The position numbers and the translations under genes were made by a program. Of a stretch of 33,637 bases of DNA, positions 1 through 9,473 are shown one piece after another. Under the pieces are notes generated by a model. The model was not told the DNA's origin and did not search any database. It was given only the letters and a program-made list of their open reading frames with translations. The stretch comes from Oligoflexales bacterium (GTDB lineage: Bacteria; Bdellovibrionota_B; Oligoflexia; Oligoflexales; RGVZ01), in assembly GCA_044236265.1 (NCBI GenBank), contig JBIIGV010000017.1, positions 1 through 33,637 of the forward strand, in the 5' to 3' direction. The number at the start of each line of letters is the position of its first letter. Positions within the stretch are counted from its first letter, which is position 1.

Positions 1-663
1 TTCAGTCACACCACTACCAAGTAGCACAGGCACTCCCGAAGCAGCCTTTGCAATCCTGGCGAGCTTTGCCGGATCAACACTCTTACCGGTCCCAGCTCCT
101 GATACGATCACGGCATCAGCCAAGCCACGCTTGACGGTGTCTTCAACTTCGTCTTCAACAGGGCGCGGCGCCAGCGGTGCTGAGTGTTTTACATCAACAT
201 CAGCGAGAATTTTTATGTGTCCAGCAGCAAGACTTGATCTTGCTCGGAGTAACTCATGAGCAATACCTTGAATGACACCCTGATCGGTGACGCGCGCACC
301 ACTGAGTACATTCACCCTGATAAATGACGCTTCGGCGGCCAAAGCAATTGATAAAGCGCTGAGTCCATCATTACGTAGCACGTTAATTCCAAGTGGCAAT
401 GTACTTGCTCGTTTAACGTCACAAGCAATAGCAGTCATCAAGGCAACAACGTCAGATGGGACTCGACCCGGGAAAAACGGCACATCACCAAAATTTTCCA
501 TCATAAGCGCGTGAACGCCGCCCTCGGTTAATGCTTTCGCATCATCCAAAACCTTTTGCAGGTCTTTCTTCCAGTCTCCTGCATACTGCGGAGACCCCGG
601 TAGCGGAGGAAGATGCAGCATTCCAATGACCGTGTGTTTACTTTTAGCGGGAAACAAGTTCAT
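1..663 (-). CDS. BtpA/SgcQ family TIM-barrel protein (3' end runs off the window)
   Basis: Not in the ORF track; translated by hand from ATG at 663 (GGAG RBS upstream): MNLFPAKSKHTVIGMLHLPPLPGSP...MMENFGDVPF...GINVLRND...FIRVNVLSGARVTDQGVI...ADVDVKHSAPL...ADAVIVSGAGTG. These are typical BtpA motifs, and the frame is open to base 1. Confidence 0.9.
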   Translation of the reverse strand, partial: MNLFPAKSKHTVIGMLHLPPLPGSPQYAGDWKKDLQKVLDDAKALTEGGVHALMMENFGDVPFFPGRVPSDVVALMTAIACDVKRASTLPLGINVLRNDGLSALSIALAAEASFIRVNVLSGARVTDQGVIQGIAHELLRARSSLAAGHIKILADVDVKHSAPLAPRPVEDEVEDTVKRGLADAVIVSGAGTGKSVDPAKLARIAKAASGVPVLLGSGVTE

Positions 664-678
664 CGACGCGCTCCAAGT

Positions 679-1482
679 CTAATTTAAATGGTTAACTCCA
701 AATCCAACACACGACATACTTAAATTACCAAAAGCCCACCCTCGGTAAAGCTCCTGAAGTTCCTCACCCCAGGCACTTGCAGCGCCAGCAGCAAAAACAA
801 GAGGCGCAAAGTGTTCCCAGGTTGGATGGGCCTCCTTGCCATGAGGCGCCACATCACGGAAATCACAGAGCGCTGAGAAATCTCGGTCCGATAAGGCCTT
901 TATCACCCAATCCTCAAACTCTGAAGCCCAAGTCTCTGGCAAACTATCTGACGGCCTCTGCCACTCGATTGCCCCCAAATTGTGGACCATGCCACCACTT
1001 CCAAGGACTAACACACCATCTTGACGCAAAGGCGCTAAAATTTCGCCCACACGAAACACGTCCTGCGGTGTTGCCTTAGCGGATATCGCCACAGGAACAA
1101 CGGGAACGTCAGCCTTAGGCCACATAAAGTGAAGCGGCACGTAAGAACCGTGATCTAGACCCCTGGAGGGTTCCAAACTTGAACTAAAAGCTGCACCATT
1201 TAAAAGATCAACACATTGCTGAGCCAAGTCCTGATGACCCTTGGCAGGGTATTTGAATCGCTGCAGCGCATCAGAAAATCCAGAAAAGTCATGAATTGTT
1301 TCAAACTGAGACTGAAAACCTACATCAAATCCAGCGCGGCTTCGCCAATGTGCCGACATCACAACAACAGCGCGGGGATTTATGTCCCGACCGATCATCT
1401 CCAGCGCTAACTGCCAAGGACCGGTTTCCGTCAATACGGATGGAGCACCGTGACTTATAAAAATCGACGGAGCACGATCCAT
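679..1482 (-). CDS. Class III extradiol ring-cleavage dioxygenase (DODA/YgiD/LigB family)
   Basis: Motifs PSIFISHGAP, SAHW, TIHDFSGF, RGLDHG, GSGGMVHNL, AHPTWEHFAPL. Its ATG overlaps the prfC stop (TAATG). Confidence 0.92.
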   Translation of the reverse strand: MDRAPSIFISHGAPSVLTETGPWQLALEMIGRDINPRAVVVMSAHWRSRAGFDVGFQSQFETIHDFSGFSDALQRFKYPAKGHQDLAQQCVDLLNGAAFSSSLEPSRGLDHGSYVPLHFMWPKADVPVVPVAISAKATPQDVFRVGEILAPLRQDGVLVLGSGGMVHNLGAIEWQRPSDSLPETWASEFEDWVIKALSDRDFSALCDFRDVAPHGKEAHPTWEHFAPLVFAAGAASAWGEELQELYRGWAFGNLSMSCVGFGVNHLN

Positions 1483-3095
1483 TAGTGCGCCACTTCCGCA
1501 TCACTAAGGTTTTCGCTTGTGGCCGTATAAGTCACTTTTGGGTAACGCTCATTCAATACTTTCATGCGCCAAATCTGTTCCATGAGCACAACCAAGTCAC
1601 CACGCTGATCGCGGCACAGGGACTGACTTTGCTCTTGGGTAAACTGAGTCAGCATTTTTTCATCGTCGCAGTGCACCCACCGAGCGACAGAATAAGGGAG
1701 AGCTTGGAAATCAACCCGCACTCCGTACTCATTTTCTACACGGTACTTCACCACGTCAAACTGCAAAATTCCAACAACACCAAGCCATAAGTCATTGGAG
1801 TTTAAAGGGCGCAAAACCTGAACGGCGCCTTCTTCGGAAAGCTGATCCAACGCTTTGTTGAGCTGCTTACTCTTAAGAGGATCTTTTAATTGAACACGCA
1901 CGAAGTTTTCGGGCGAGAAAACAGGAATGCCCGTGTAGATCAAAGACTCGCCCTCAGAAAGCGTGTCTCCGATCTTAAATATTCCAGGGTCGTGAATACC
2001 GACAATATCTCCAGCGTAAGCCTCTTCCACGAGCGATCTATCTTGCGCCATAAATTGCGTCGGTCTCGCCAGTCGGAATTCACGCTTCATACGTACGTGA
2101 AACGCCTTCATACCGCGTTCAAACTTACCAGATACAATCCGCATGAAGGCCACGCGGTCGCGGTGTGCTGGATCCATGTTGGCCTGGATCTTAAAAATAA
2201 ATCCTGAAAACTTGGATTCTGTTGGCTCAACCGCACGGGACCTGGTTGGACGCGGCATTGGTCTCGGAGCGATTTCAATAAGAGCTTCCAGAAGCGTTTG
2301 AATACCAAAATTATTCATCGCTGAACCGAAATAGACAGGACAAAGCTCGCCGCGCAGGTATTTCTCCCGATCAAAAACTTCTCCGGCACCTTCCAGCATT
2401 TCAATCTCGTCGCGGAGCTGTGACGCCAATTCGGGGCCAATTTCCTTTTCAAGTTCTGGATCATCAACACCCATGCCCTTTAGGGCCACTGGCCGGGCGC
2501 GGTCTGCTCCCTTATCAAAGACCAGCAATGTTTTCTTAAAACGGTCATAAACGCCGCGAAAATTCGCACCCATACCGATGGGCCATGTGGCCGCAAAACA
2601 CTGAATTCCCAACACCTTCTCGATCTCATCAATCAGGTCGAACGCCTCGCGCCCCTCACGGTCCATTTTGTTGATAAACGCAATGATCGGCGTCTTCCGC
2701 ATGGCGCAAACTTCAAAGAGTTTTTTCGTCTGACTTTCAACACCATTGGCTGCATCAATCAACATCACAGCCGAGTCGACTGCGGTCAAAGTTCTATAAG
2801 TATCTTCAGAAAAGTCCTGGTGACCAGGGGTGTCAATCAAGTTGATCTCGCAACCATCGTAGGAAAAGTTCATGACAGAGCTCGTCACCGAGATGCCGCG
2901 CTGCTTCTCTAGCTCCATCCAGTCAGACGTCGCAAATTTTTTGCCACGCTTGGCTTTAACAGTACCAGCCATCTGGATCGCGCCGCCGTAAAGCAGAAGC
3001 TTTTCTGTGGTCGTCGTCTTTCCCGCATCCGGGTGGGAGATGATCGCAAATGTACGTCTTTTGGTTATTTCTTTATCAATCAGGGCATTGCTCAT
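1482..3095 (-). CDS. prfC: Peptide chain release factor 3
   Basis: RRTFAIISHPDAGKTT, SDWMELEKQRGISVTSSV, DTPGHQDFSEDTYRTL, NKMD, FKIQANMDPAHRDR; 537 aa. Confidence 0.98.
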   Translation of the reverse strand: MSNALIDKEITKRRTFAIISHPDAGKTTTTEKLLLYGGAIQMAGTVKAKRGKKFATSDWMELEKQRGISVTSSVMNFSYDGCEINLIDTPGHQDFSEDTYRTLTAVDSAVMLIDAANGVESQTKKLFEVCAMRKTPIIAFINKMDREGREAFDLIDEIEKVLGIQCFAATWPIGMGANFRGVYDRFKKTLLVFDKGADRARPVALKGMGVDDPELEKEIGPELASQLRDEIEMLEGAGEVFDREKYLRGELCPVYFGSAMNNFGIQTLLEALIEIAPRPMPRPTRSRAVEPTESKFSGFIFKIQANMDPAHRDRVAFMRIVSGKFERGMKAFHVRMKREFRLARPTQFMAQDRSLVEEAYAGDIVGIHDPGIFKIGDTLSEGESLIYTGIPVFSPENFVRVQLKDPLKSKQLNKALDQLSEEGAVQVLRPLNSNDLWLGVVGILQFDVVKYRVENEYGVRVDFQALPYSVARWVHCDDEKMLTQFTQEQSQSLCRDQRGDLVVLMEQIWRMKVLNERYPKVTYTATSENLSDAEVAH

Positions 3096-3271
3096 TATTT
3101 TAGCTCACCAATTCAATCAGGGGCCTTACCGGCATCGAACCAGACGTTCCTTGCGGAGTGATTCAGGATATTATTTTTTAGCAACATGCCGACCGCAAAT
3201 TGCCAGCCTTGGCCGAAGGTGGTAGGTTTTGGCATAAATGTGCGAAAAATGCCACAGGAAATTTCCGGCTG

Positions 3272-4504
3272 ATGAACCAGAAAAAGCAACGTAGTCCGAT
3301 AGTTATAGCATTCTTTACGATCTTCTTGGACCTCCTTGGGTTTGGCATCGTAATTCCTGTTAATAGCTTTTATGTGCAAAGCCTGGGTGCAAGCCCTACT
3401 GTCATTGCTTGGTTATCGGCTTCCTACTCTCTGATGCAGTTTCTTTTTGCTCCTTTTTGGGGCCGGCTTTCCGACAAGATTGGCCGTCGCCCAGTGATTT
3501 TGATTTCCGTAGCTGCAAGCTGTGCTGGGCACATGATCTTCGGACTCTCAAGCACACTTGCTGCTGTATTTGCAGCCAGGATTTTGGCCGGCTTTGGCAA
3601 CGCTAATCTCGGAACCGCTCAAGCGATTATTTCTGACGTGACGACTCCTGAGAATCGGGCAAAAGGCATGGGACTGATCGGCGCAGCCTTTGGTCTTGGC
3701 TTTTTATTGGGCCCAGCGATTGGCGGATTTGCAGGGCAGTTTAGCCCCCAAGCTCCAGCGATTACTGCGGGCTGTTTGGCTGCAATTAACTTTGTTTTGG
3801 CTTACTTCATGCTTCCGGAAACCCGGGTCGAAGGTGCCACTGGTGACAATCATCACCGCCGCACATTTTCGTTGAAGACTTTACAGTCAGCCATGGCTCT
3901 TCCCAATGTCGGGACAATCTTAAAAATTAGCTTCATCAACACAGGGGCGTTTGCGATGTTTGAAGTCATCGTGGGACTTCTCATGGAGCGCTCCTTTCTA
4001 CCAATCGAAGGACGCGATACCCCTGAGCACATTGCCGCAGCCGCGAAGTTGACGGCTTGGTTTCTGGTCGCCGTTGGAATAACGGCTGTCATTGTGCAGG
4101 GCGGCCTTATCGGACGACTGACCAAAAAATTTGGTGAGCGTAAATTATTTCAGATGGGACTTCTCCTCACATGCATTAGCATCGGGATGATCCCAGTCCT
4201 CGCAAAAACTGGCGTTTACGAAAACATGTTATTTGCAGCTGTTCTTTTAGCGGTGGGCACTGGGATCTTTAATCCGTCGCAGTCCAGTTTAATCTCGAGA
4301 TCCGCTCCCGCAGACCAGCAGGGCGGAGTTTTAGGACTCAATCACAGTATGGGCGCACTTGGTCGCGTCGCTGGTCCCGCATTAGCGGGCGCATTATTTG
4401 AACTCAACTACGGCTTACCTTTTTTCACGGCAAGCGCACTGGTCATGATTGCGTTGTTTATGTCTTTAAATCTGGCTCAACCTCAGAATCACGTCTCAGG
4501 TTAA
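3272..4504 (+). CDS. MFS transporter, DHA1/TetA-like drug:H+ antiporter family
   Basis: FLDLLGFGIVIP, motif A GRLSDKIGRRP, motif C GAAFGLGFLLGPAIGG, about 12 hydrophobic segments. ATG 3272 is preferred over TTG 3200. Confidence 0.9.
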   Translation: MNQKKQRSPIVIAFFTIFLDLLGFGIVIPVNSFYVQSLGASPTVIAWLSASYSLMQFLFAPFWGRLSDKIGRRPVILISVAASCAGHMIFGLSSTLAAVFAARILAGFGNANLGTAQAIISDVTTPENRAKGMGLIGAAFGLGFLLGPAIGGFAGQFSPQAPAITAGCLAAINFVLAYFMLPETRVEGATGDNHHRRTFSLKTLQSAMALPNVGTILKISFINTGAFAMFEVIVGLLMERSFLPIEGRDTPEHIAAAAKLTAWFLVAVGITAVIVQGGLIGRLTKKFGERKLFQMGLLLTCISIGMIPVLAKTGVYENMLFAAVLLAVGTGIFNPSQSSLISRSAPADQQGGVLGLNHSMGALGRVAGPALAGALFELNYGLPFFTASALVMIALFMSLNLAQPQNHVSG

Positions 4505-4521
4505 GCTCATAACTAAAAGTC

Positions 4522-5148
4522 TCATTTAACTAAAAATGGCAGTGCTTCCTCGGGCATGGTCTCATAGCGATAAATACCATGGCCACGATACTCGGGACTC
4601 ATAATGATGTTGTTGAACTTACGTTGAAATTCCGCCTTACTCATTTGCACGGTGCCCTGCCCTTCGACAACAATTGCAAACACATCATTAGGCTTTAGGC
4701 CTTCGATCTTATGGCGGTAAAAAACCAACTTATCAGAACTCCATTGGACGGTTGGACGCCGACCGGCGGACGACGTGGACTTGTCGATAATACCGTCTCT
4801 GCGACTGGAACCTGCTCGCGCTCGCGGCATTGAGGTCTTCCCGGAGCTCGAGGACTGACTCGTCCTTGCTGCGCGTTCAAGACGCTTTTTTTCATCGATC
4901 GCAAAACGCTCCTGCTCCCAGCGTTCAAGACGCGAAATCTGTTCAGGAGAAAATTTTGATGCGAATTCTGACTGCACCACGGACTTTGGTTCGTCAGCTT
5001 TGAAAATCACCGTCGGAACATCCAATATGTCACCAATTGGATTGATAACTTTAACCTTTCCCTCTTCTCCGCCGTCCCAATCAATAACGATGAAGTATTT
5101 GCCGGTGCGTTCATTAATCAATGCTTCAACAGAGTTTGGTAGGGTCAT
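4522..5148 (-). CDS. Hypothetical protein (two globular regions joined by a charged helix and Ser/Arg-rich linker)
   Basis: 208-aa ORF with an AAGGA RBS upstream; fills the gap between the MFS gene and purK. No family recognised. Confidence 0.8.
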   Translation of the reverse strand: MTLPNSVEALINERTGKYFIVIDWDGGEEGKVKVINPIGDILDVPTVIFKADEPKSVVQSEFASKFSPEQISRLERWEQERFAIDEKKRLERAARTSQSSSSGKTSMPRARAGSSRRDGIIDKSTSSAGRRPTVQWSSDKLVFYRHKIEGLKPNDVFAIVVEGQGTVQMSKAEFQRKFNNIIMSPEYRGHGIYRYETMPEEALPFLVK

Positions 5149-5306
5149 GAAGTTGTCCTTTTGCGGGCGGAAACTATTGTTAATTTTACACTAAGAGCGG
5201 TAGACAATCATCGCCGATTTCCCTAAAACTGCCATAGGCCAACATTGTTCGTAAATTCATCACAAGCGGCCGATAAGCAACGTAGCCATAACGGGGTTTT
5301 TATTGA

Positions 5307-6539
5307 ATGTTTGATATCACGGGACAAAAACGCTGGGGAATCATTGGTGATGGGCAGCTTGCACGCATGCTGGCACTTGATGCCTACGCCCTTGGCCTGA
5401 GACCCGTGGTTTTAACCGGCGACTCATCAAGCCCAGCAGGCCAGGTTTCTCCCCTCGTGGTACGAGGCCATGTTGACAGTCGAGAAGATCTTCACGCCCT
5501 CCTGAGCCAGGTCGACGGAGCAATCATCGAAAGTGAATTTGTTGATTGTGACGCCCTTGAAGCCACTGGTCTTGCCGAGAAAGTTTACCCACGAACCGGT
5601 GCAATTAGAATTCTCCAAAACAAGTTCGAACAAAAAAAGCTTCTCGAGTCCCTCGGGGTCAAATCATCCTCATTTTACCCACTTGATAAAAAAAACATGG
5701 AAGGCGCCGTCGCCTCGCTGACTCATAACTTCACAAAACCGATTGTTCTGAAGTTTGCGACCTTTGGTTACGATGGGAAAGGAGTCCTGGTTTTGCGCGG
5801 CAGCGGGCAACGGGATCAAGACCTCGCCGGAGACTTTCTACTCACAGCCACTAAACGACGAATCGATGTTTACGCAGAAGACTTTGTGGGCTTTGATCGA
5901 GAACTGGCGATGATTGCCGTTAGAGGTCGTGATGGCACCATCAAAACATGGCCCCTGGTGATCACTGAGCAAAAGTCTGGAGTATGCGAGCGAGTGACAG
6001 GGCCAGCGGTATCGCTTGGGATTAAAAAAGAGATTGAAACGGAAGCCCAAATCGCTTGTGAGAAAATCGGTGCTAACTTGGGACTTGTTGGGGTATTTGC
6101 CGTCGAGTTTTTTCTGACAAGTAGTGGAGACCTTCTCGTAAACGAGATCGCACCAAGAGTCCACAACAGCGGCCACTTTTCTCAAAATGCGGGCTGTGTG
6201 TCCCAATTTGAAAATCACTGGCGTGCTGTATTGGGACTTAGCCTTGGACGAACTGATACCGCACCATTTTTTATGATGCAAAATTTGCTGGGACCTGCAG
6301 AGGTGACGTCAAAAGATTGTGCTCAAGCGCCGCGGGGAGCTGAGTCCATGCATGTGCATTGGTACGGCAAACGCGGCATTTCGCCTGGCAGAAAATTAGG
6401 ACATCTCAACGCGGTAAGCCACAGCTTAGATAACCGCGGGGACGTTATATCTGCAGTTCAGTCGGCCTATGGACGCTGGCAGGAAGAGCAGCGTCAAATA
6501 TTTCTTAATGCTCAAACCGCACAAAAGGGTCCTTTATGA
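5307..6539 (+). CDS. purK: N5-carboxyaminoimidazole ribonucleotide synthase (ATP-grasp)
   Basis: [52 protein letters not shown]...GRKLGH. Confidence 0.96.
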   Translation: MFDITGQKRWGIIGDGQLARMLALDAYALGLRPVVLTGDSSSPAGQVSPLVVRGHVDSREDLHALLSQVDGAIIESEFVDCDALEATGLAEKVYPRTGAIRILQNKFEQKKLLESLGVKSSSFYPLDKKNMEGAVASLTHNFTKPIVLKFATFGYDGKGVLVLRGSGQRDQDLAGDFLLTATKRRIDVYAEDFVGFDRELAMIAVRGRDGTIKTWPLVITEQKSGVCERVTGPAVSLGIKKEIETEAQIACEKIGANLGLVGVFAVEFFLTSSGDLLVNEIAPRVHNSGHFSQNAGCVSQFENHWRAVLGLSLGRTDTAPFFMMQNLLGPAEVTSKDCAQAPRGAESMHVHWYGKRGISPGRKLGHLNAVSHSLDNRGDVISAVQSAYGRWQEEQRQIFLNAQTAQKGPL

Positions 6540-7081
6540 AAACCAAATCGAAACCCTCCAAAAAAACAAAATCCAAAGGATCTAAAAACACACCCTTAGT
6601 CGGAATTGTCATGGGAAGTGACAGTGATCTGGTGTGGATGGAGCAGGCTGCCGATGCGTTAGATAAATTTGACATCTCTTATGAGCTACGCGTCGTTTCG
6701 GCTCATCGAACTCCAGACCTAGTCATGGCCTACGGCGGATCCGCGAAATCGAGAGGCCTTAAAGTCATTATCGCCGGCGCTGGCGGAGCTGCTCATCTTC
6801 CAGGAATGATGGCTGCACATACGACCCTCCCCGTGATTGGAGTCCCCTGCCCCGTTGGTGCGATGCAAGGTGAAGACGCGTTGTGGTCTATCGTGCAAAT
6901 GCCGAAGGGAGTGCCAGTTGCCACAGTAGCCATTGGTAATGGTTGGAATGCGGGAATTCTAGCCGCTCAGATGTTATCTATTGGCGACTCTGCTCAAGCT
7001 ACGAAAATCAACGACCATCTTGAAAAGCACAAACTTGAGATGGAAGATGCGGTTGCCCAAATGAATGAGCGACTGGGGTAA
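6536..7081 (+). CDS. purE: N5-CAIR mutase (class I PurE)
   Basis: [52 protein letters not shown]; 4-bp ATGA overlap with purK. Confidence 0.97.
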   Translation: MKTKSKPSKKTKSKGSKNTPLVGIVMGSDSDLVWMEQAADALDKFDISYELRVVSAHRTPDLVMAYGGSAKSRGLKVIIAGAGGAAHLPGMMAAHTTLPVIGVPCPVGAMQGEDALWSIVQMPKGVPVATVAIGNGWNAGILAAQMLSIGDSAQATKINDHLEKHKLEMEDAVAQMNERLG

Positions 7082-7119
7082 ATTAGCAAAACATCGTCAG
7101 GCCTTCAGCGTGTGATAAA

Positions 7120-7806
7120 TTACAAGTTTTGACTTGGAGCTCCGTGTTGGTGCCTGATGCGTTCATCTTCCACGATGTAGACAACCATTTGCGCAATGTG
7201 GCACGCGATGTCCGCAATACTCTCAAGTTTATTTGCCATCAGAATCAGATGAATTCCCATCTCCACATCAAGCTGACCTTTTCGTACACGGTCAATCACA
7301 AGCTTGTATGCTTGATCCTGCAGTGCATCTACCAGGTCATCCATTGCGGGGACTGTTTTGGCAATTTTGGGATCACGATTACTGACGGACGTCATGGCTC
7401 TTTCATAAACTGAAAAGGCCTTAGTCGTCATATCCTGAAGTAAATGCCATCCGTCAGCGCACTCGGTTCTTAGCTCTTTGGTATCAATCGCGTGCCGAGC
7501 GACATATTCGATACAATCACCAATACGCTCCAACGCCGCGGCAACATCAATGGCACCAAACATGAATCTTAGACTTGGACCCATGGGAGCGCGGTTCGCC
7601 ACGAACAGCATCGATAGATCATCCAAATCAAGCTCAATGGCGTCTACCTTTTCATCACCGGCGACAATGGACTTTAGAAGCACGAAGTCGGCACCATCTA
7701 GGCCCCGCTTTAAGCCCACAAACTGCTGAAGGACTGTCTGCATCAGCTCTTCCAACTTGCCGCTTATAGCCTGAAGCTCTCTTTCACCAGCAGATTTTTG
7801 CGGCAT
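7120..7806 (-). CDS. phoU: PhoU-family phosphate signalling protein
   Basis: Two PhoU repeats: DEKVDAIE...LERIGD and MDDLVDALQ...LESIADIACHIAQMVVYIVE. Confidence 0.9.
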   Translation of the reverse strand: MPQKSAGERELQAISGKLEELMQTVLQQFVGLKRGLDGADFVLLKSIVAGDEKVDAIELDLDDLSMLFVANRAPMGPSLRFMFGAIDVAAALERIGDCIEYVARHAIDTKELRTECADGWHLLQDMTTKAFSVYERAMTSVSNRDPKIAKTVPAMDDLVDALQDQAYKLVIDRVRKGQLDVEMGIHLILMANKLESIADIACHIAQMVVYIVEDERIRHQHGAPSQNL

Positions 7807-7966
7807 AACATCACCCTTTTAAAGGTCAAAATTGATCGAAGTCCCTGATTACAGTATATTTTTCCTACCATTATTTTGCAATGGTCGCAGTCGACCAGAC
7901 TGTTATATAGATGGCTTGCCACAAGAGCACTTAAATTTTAGGCAAAGCCCTCACTAGGAATACATT

Positions 7967-8392
7967 ATGAGCATAGATCTCCAAAGCGTCGTTATCTCCA
8001 AAACATCGGAAGGCCGCTGGCTCGCTCACCATGTCCCGTCTGGCCGTAAGATTGAAGCTGACACCATGGAGTTGGCTCAAGAGGGCATGAGGGACGCACT
8101 GGGGCTAAATGTCGAGGGTAAGTTTGAGGAACCAGTAACCAGCTCACGCTTTAGCGGGGTTGCTCAATCTATCGCTCTTTTCTTGGAGGGTCCGGTATCT
8201 GAGGCGCTTGCGTTTCACTCCGGATTTGCTCGCCTGGACGCCTACGAGGCAGGAGTCGCTCACATTCGATTAGGTGGGGGCTGTCAGGGCTGTCCATCCT
8301 CTCAAATCACACTTTTTAACGGCGTTCGTAGCCAACTTCAAAACAGGTTTGGCGAGGACGTCATAATGGACGTGGTGCCATCATTGGACTAA
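7967..8392 (+). CDS. NifU/Nfu C-terminal domain protein with an atypical N-terminal domain
   Basis: C-terminal HSGFARL...IRLGGGCQGCPSSQITLFNGV carries the Nfu CxxC signature; AGGA RBS. Confidence 0.85.
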   Translation: MSIDLQSVVISKTSEGRWLAHHVPSGRKIEADTMELAQEGMRDALGLNVEGKFEEPVTSSRFSGVAQSIALFLEGPVSEALAFHSGFARLDAYEAGVAHIRLGGGCQGCPSSQITLFNGVRSQLQNRFGEDVIMDVVPSLD

Positions 8393-8411
8393 TCGTCGAG
8401 AGGATTTCTGG

Positions 8412-9473
8412 GTGTCGTCTTACTTTGATTATTTTGATGCAATCACTAGCGGTCAACTGAAACTTGTTGATTTGCGTAGTCCAGGAGAATTTGCTCTTGG
8501 GGCGATGCCTCATGCAATCAATGCACCCCTATTTACCAATGACGAGCGCGCCCATGTAGGAACCACCTATAAGCAAGTGGGCCAACTCGAAGCTGTTCAG
8601 CAGGGCCTAGAACTAGTTGCAGAGAAAATTCCCGGCTTTTTGGATCAATTGATAGACTTAGCTGGACCCGAGCGTCGATTAGCTCTTCATTGCTGGCGTG
8701 GCGGCATGAGAAGTGGCTCTGTTGCCAAACTACTTGAAGTTGTAGGCATCACCCCCATACTGATCAGAGGTGGCTATAAAGCCTACCGTAATCAAGTTCT
8801 CAAGAATATTACGGAGCTGTCACAGCACAAGCTGGTCGTTCTCAATGGGCGCACCGGTTCTGGCAAAACAGAACTTATTCACCGCCTAGTAGCTATGAAT
8901 GCCCCCGTTATCGATTTGGAAGGCTTAGCTAAACACCGCGGCAGCGCACTCGGCCACCTAAGTATCAATAGCAATCAGCCAACACAGCAACAATTCGAAA
9001 ACGATCTCGCGAATGCCTACGTCAAAGTAAAACATCACCCAACGATAATCGTTGAGATTGAGCAAAATATTGGCTCAATCCAAATGCCTCAGCATTTGCG
9101 CAAACACATTTATAACTCTGACATTGTTTTAATCGAACGCGACTTTGAAGATCGCGTGCAACACATCGCGGCAGAATATGCGCCAGCCTGGTCAGATGCT
9201 GACGACGCAAAATTTCAGGCCGGAATACTGCTGCTAAAGAAACACATAAAGAGCGAAATTTACCAGCAGATTTTAACCCACGTTCAGAGACGTGAGTTTC
9301 ATGATGCCATTCGATTGCTGATGATCCACCGCTACGATCAATGCTACGACAAAACTATTAAACGCCAAACTGCGAGCATCATCGCGACCATCAACATGTC
9401 CACCGAGGGAAGCCTTGCTCAAAAGCGTCTTCTATCCCTGACTTCAAGTGAATCGAACCCTGGAATCGACTGA
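8412..9473 (+). CDS. mnmH: tRNA 2-selenouridine(34) synthase (rhodanese + P-loop)
   Basis: DLRSPGEF, ERAHVGTTYKQ, CWRGGMRS, GGYKAYR, GRTGSGKT, DLEGLAKHRGS, QPTQQQFEN. GTG start with GAGAGG RBS; adjacent to selD. Confidence 0.95.
   Translation: MSSYFDYFDAITSGQLKLVDLRSPGEFALGAMPHAINAPLFTNDERAHVGTTYKQVGQLEAVQQGLELVAEKIPGFLDQLIDLAGPERRLALHCWRGGMRSGSVAKLLEVVGITPILIRGGYKAYRNQVLKNITELSQHKLVVLNGRTGSGKTELIHRLVAMNAPVIDLEGLAKHRGSALGHLSINSNQPTQQQFENDLANAYVKVKHHPTIIVEIEQNIGSIQMPQHLRKHIYNSDIVLIERDFEDRVQHIAAEYAPAWSDADDAKFQAGILLLKKHIKSEIYQQILTHVQRREFHDAIRLLMIHRYDQCYDKTIKRQTASIIATINMSTEGSLAQKRLLSLTSSESNPGID

Noticed and set aside
287..514. 75-aa + strand ORF from the track
   Set aside because: Antisense shadow of the BtpA-family gene, which the track missed because it runs off the window.
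3113..3379. 88-aa minus-strand ORF upstream of prfC
   Set aside because: Overlaps the MFS gene antisense and the divergent promoter; no recognisable features or RBS.
5250..5277. Sigma28 promoter before purK (perfect GCCGATAA)
   Set aside because: The TAAA is only 13 nt upstream (15 expected), and the target is biologically unlikely.
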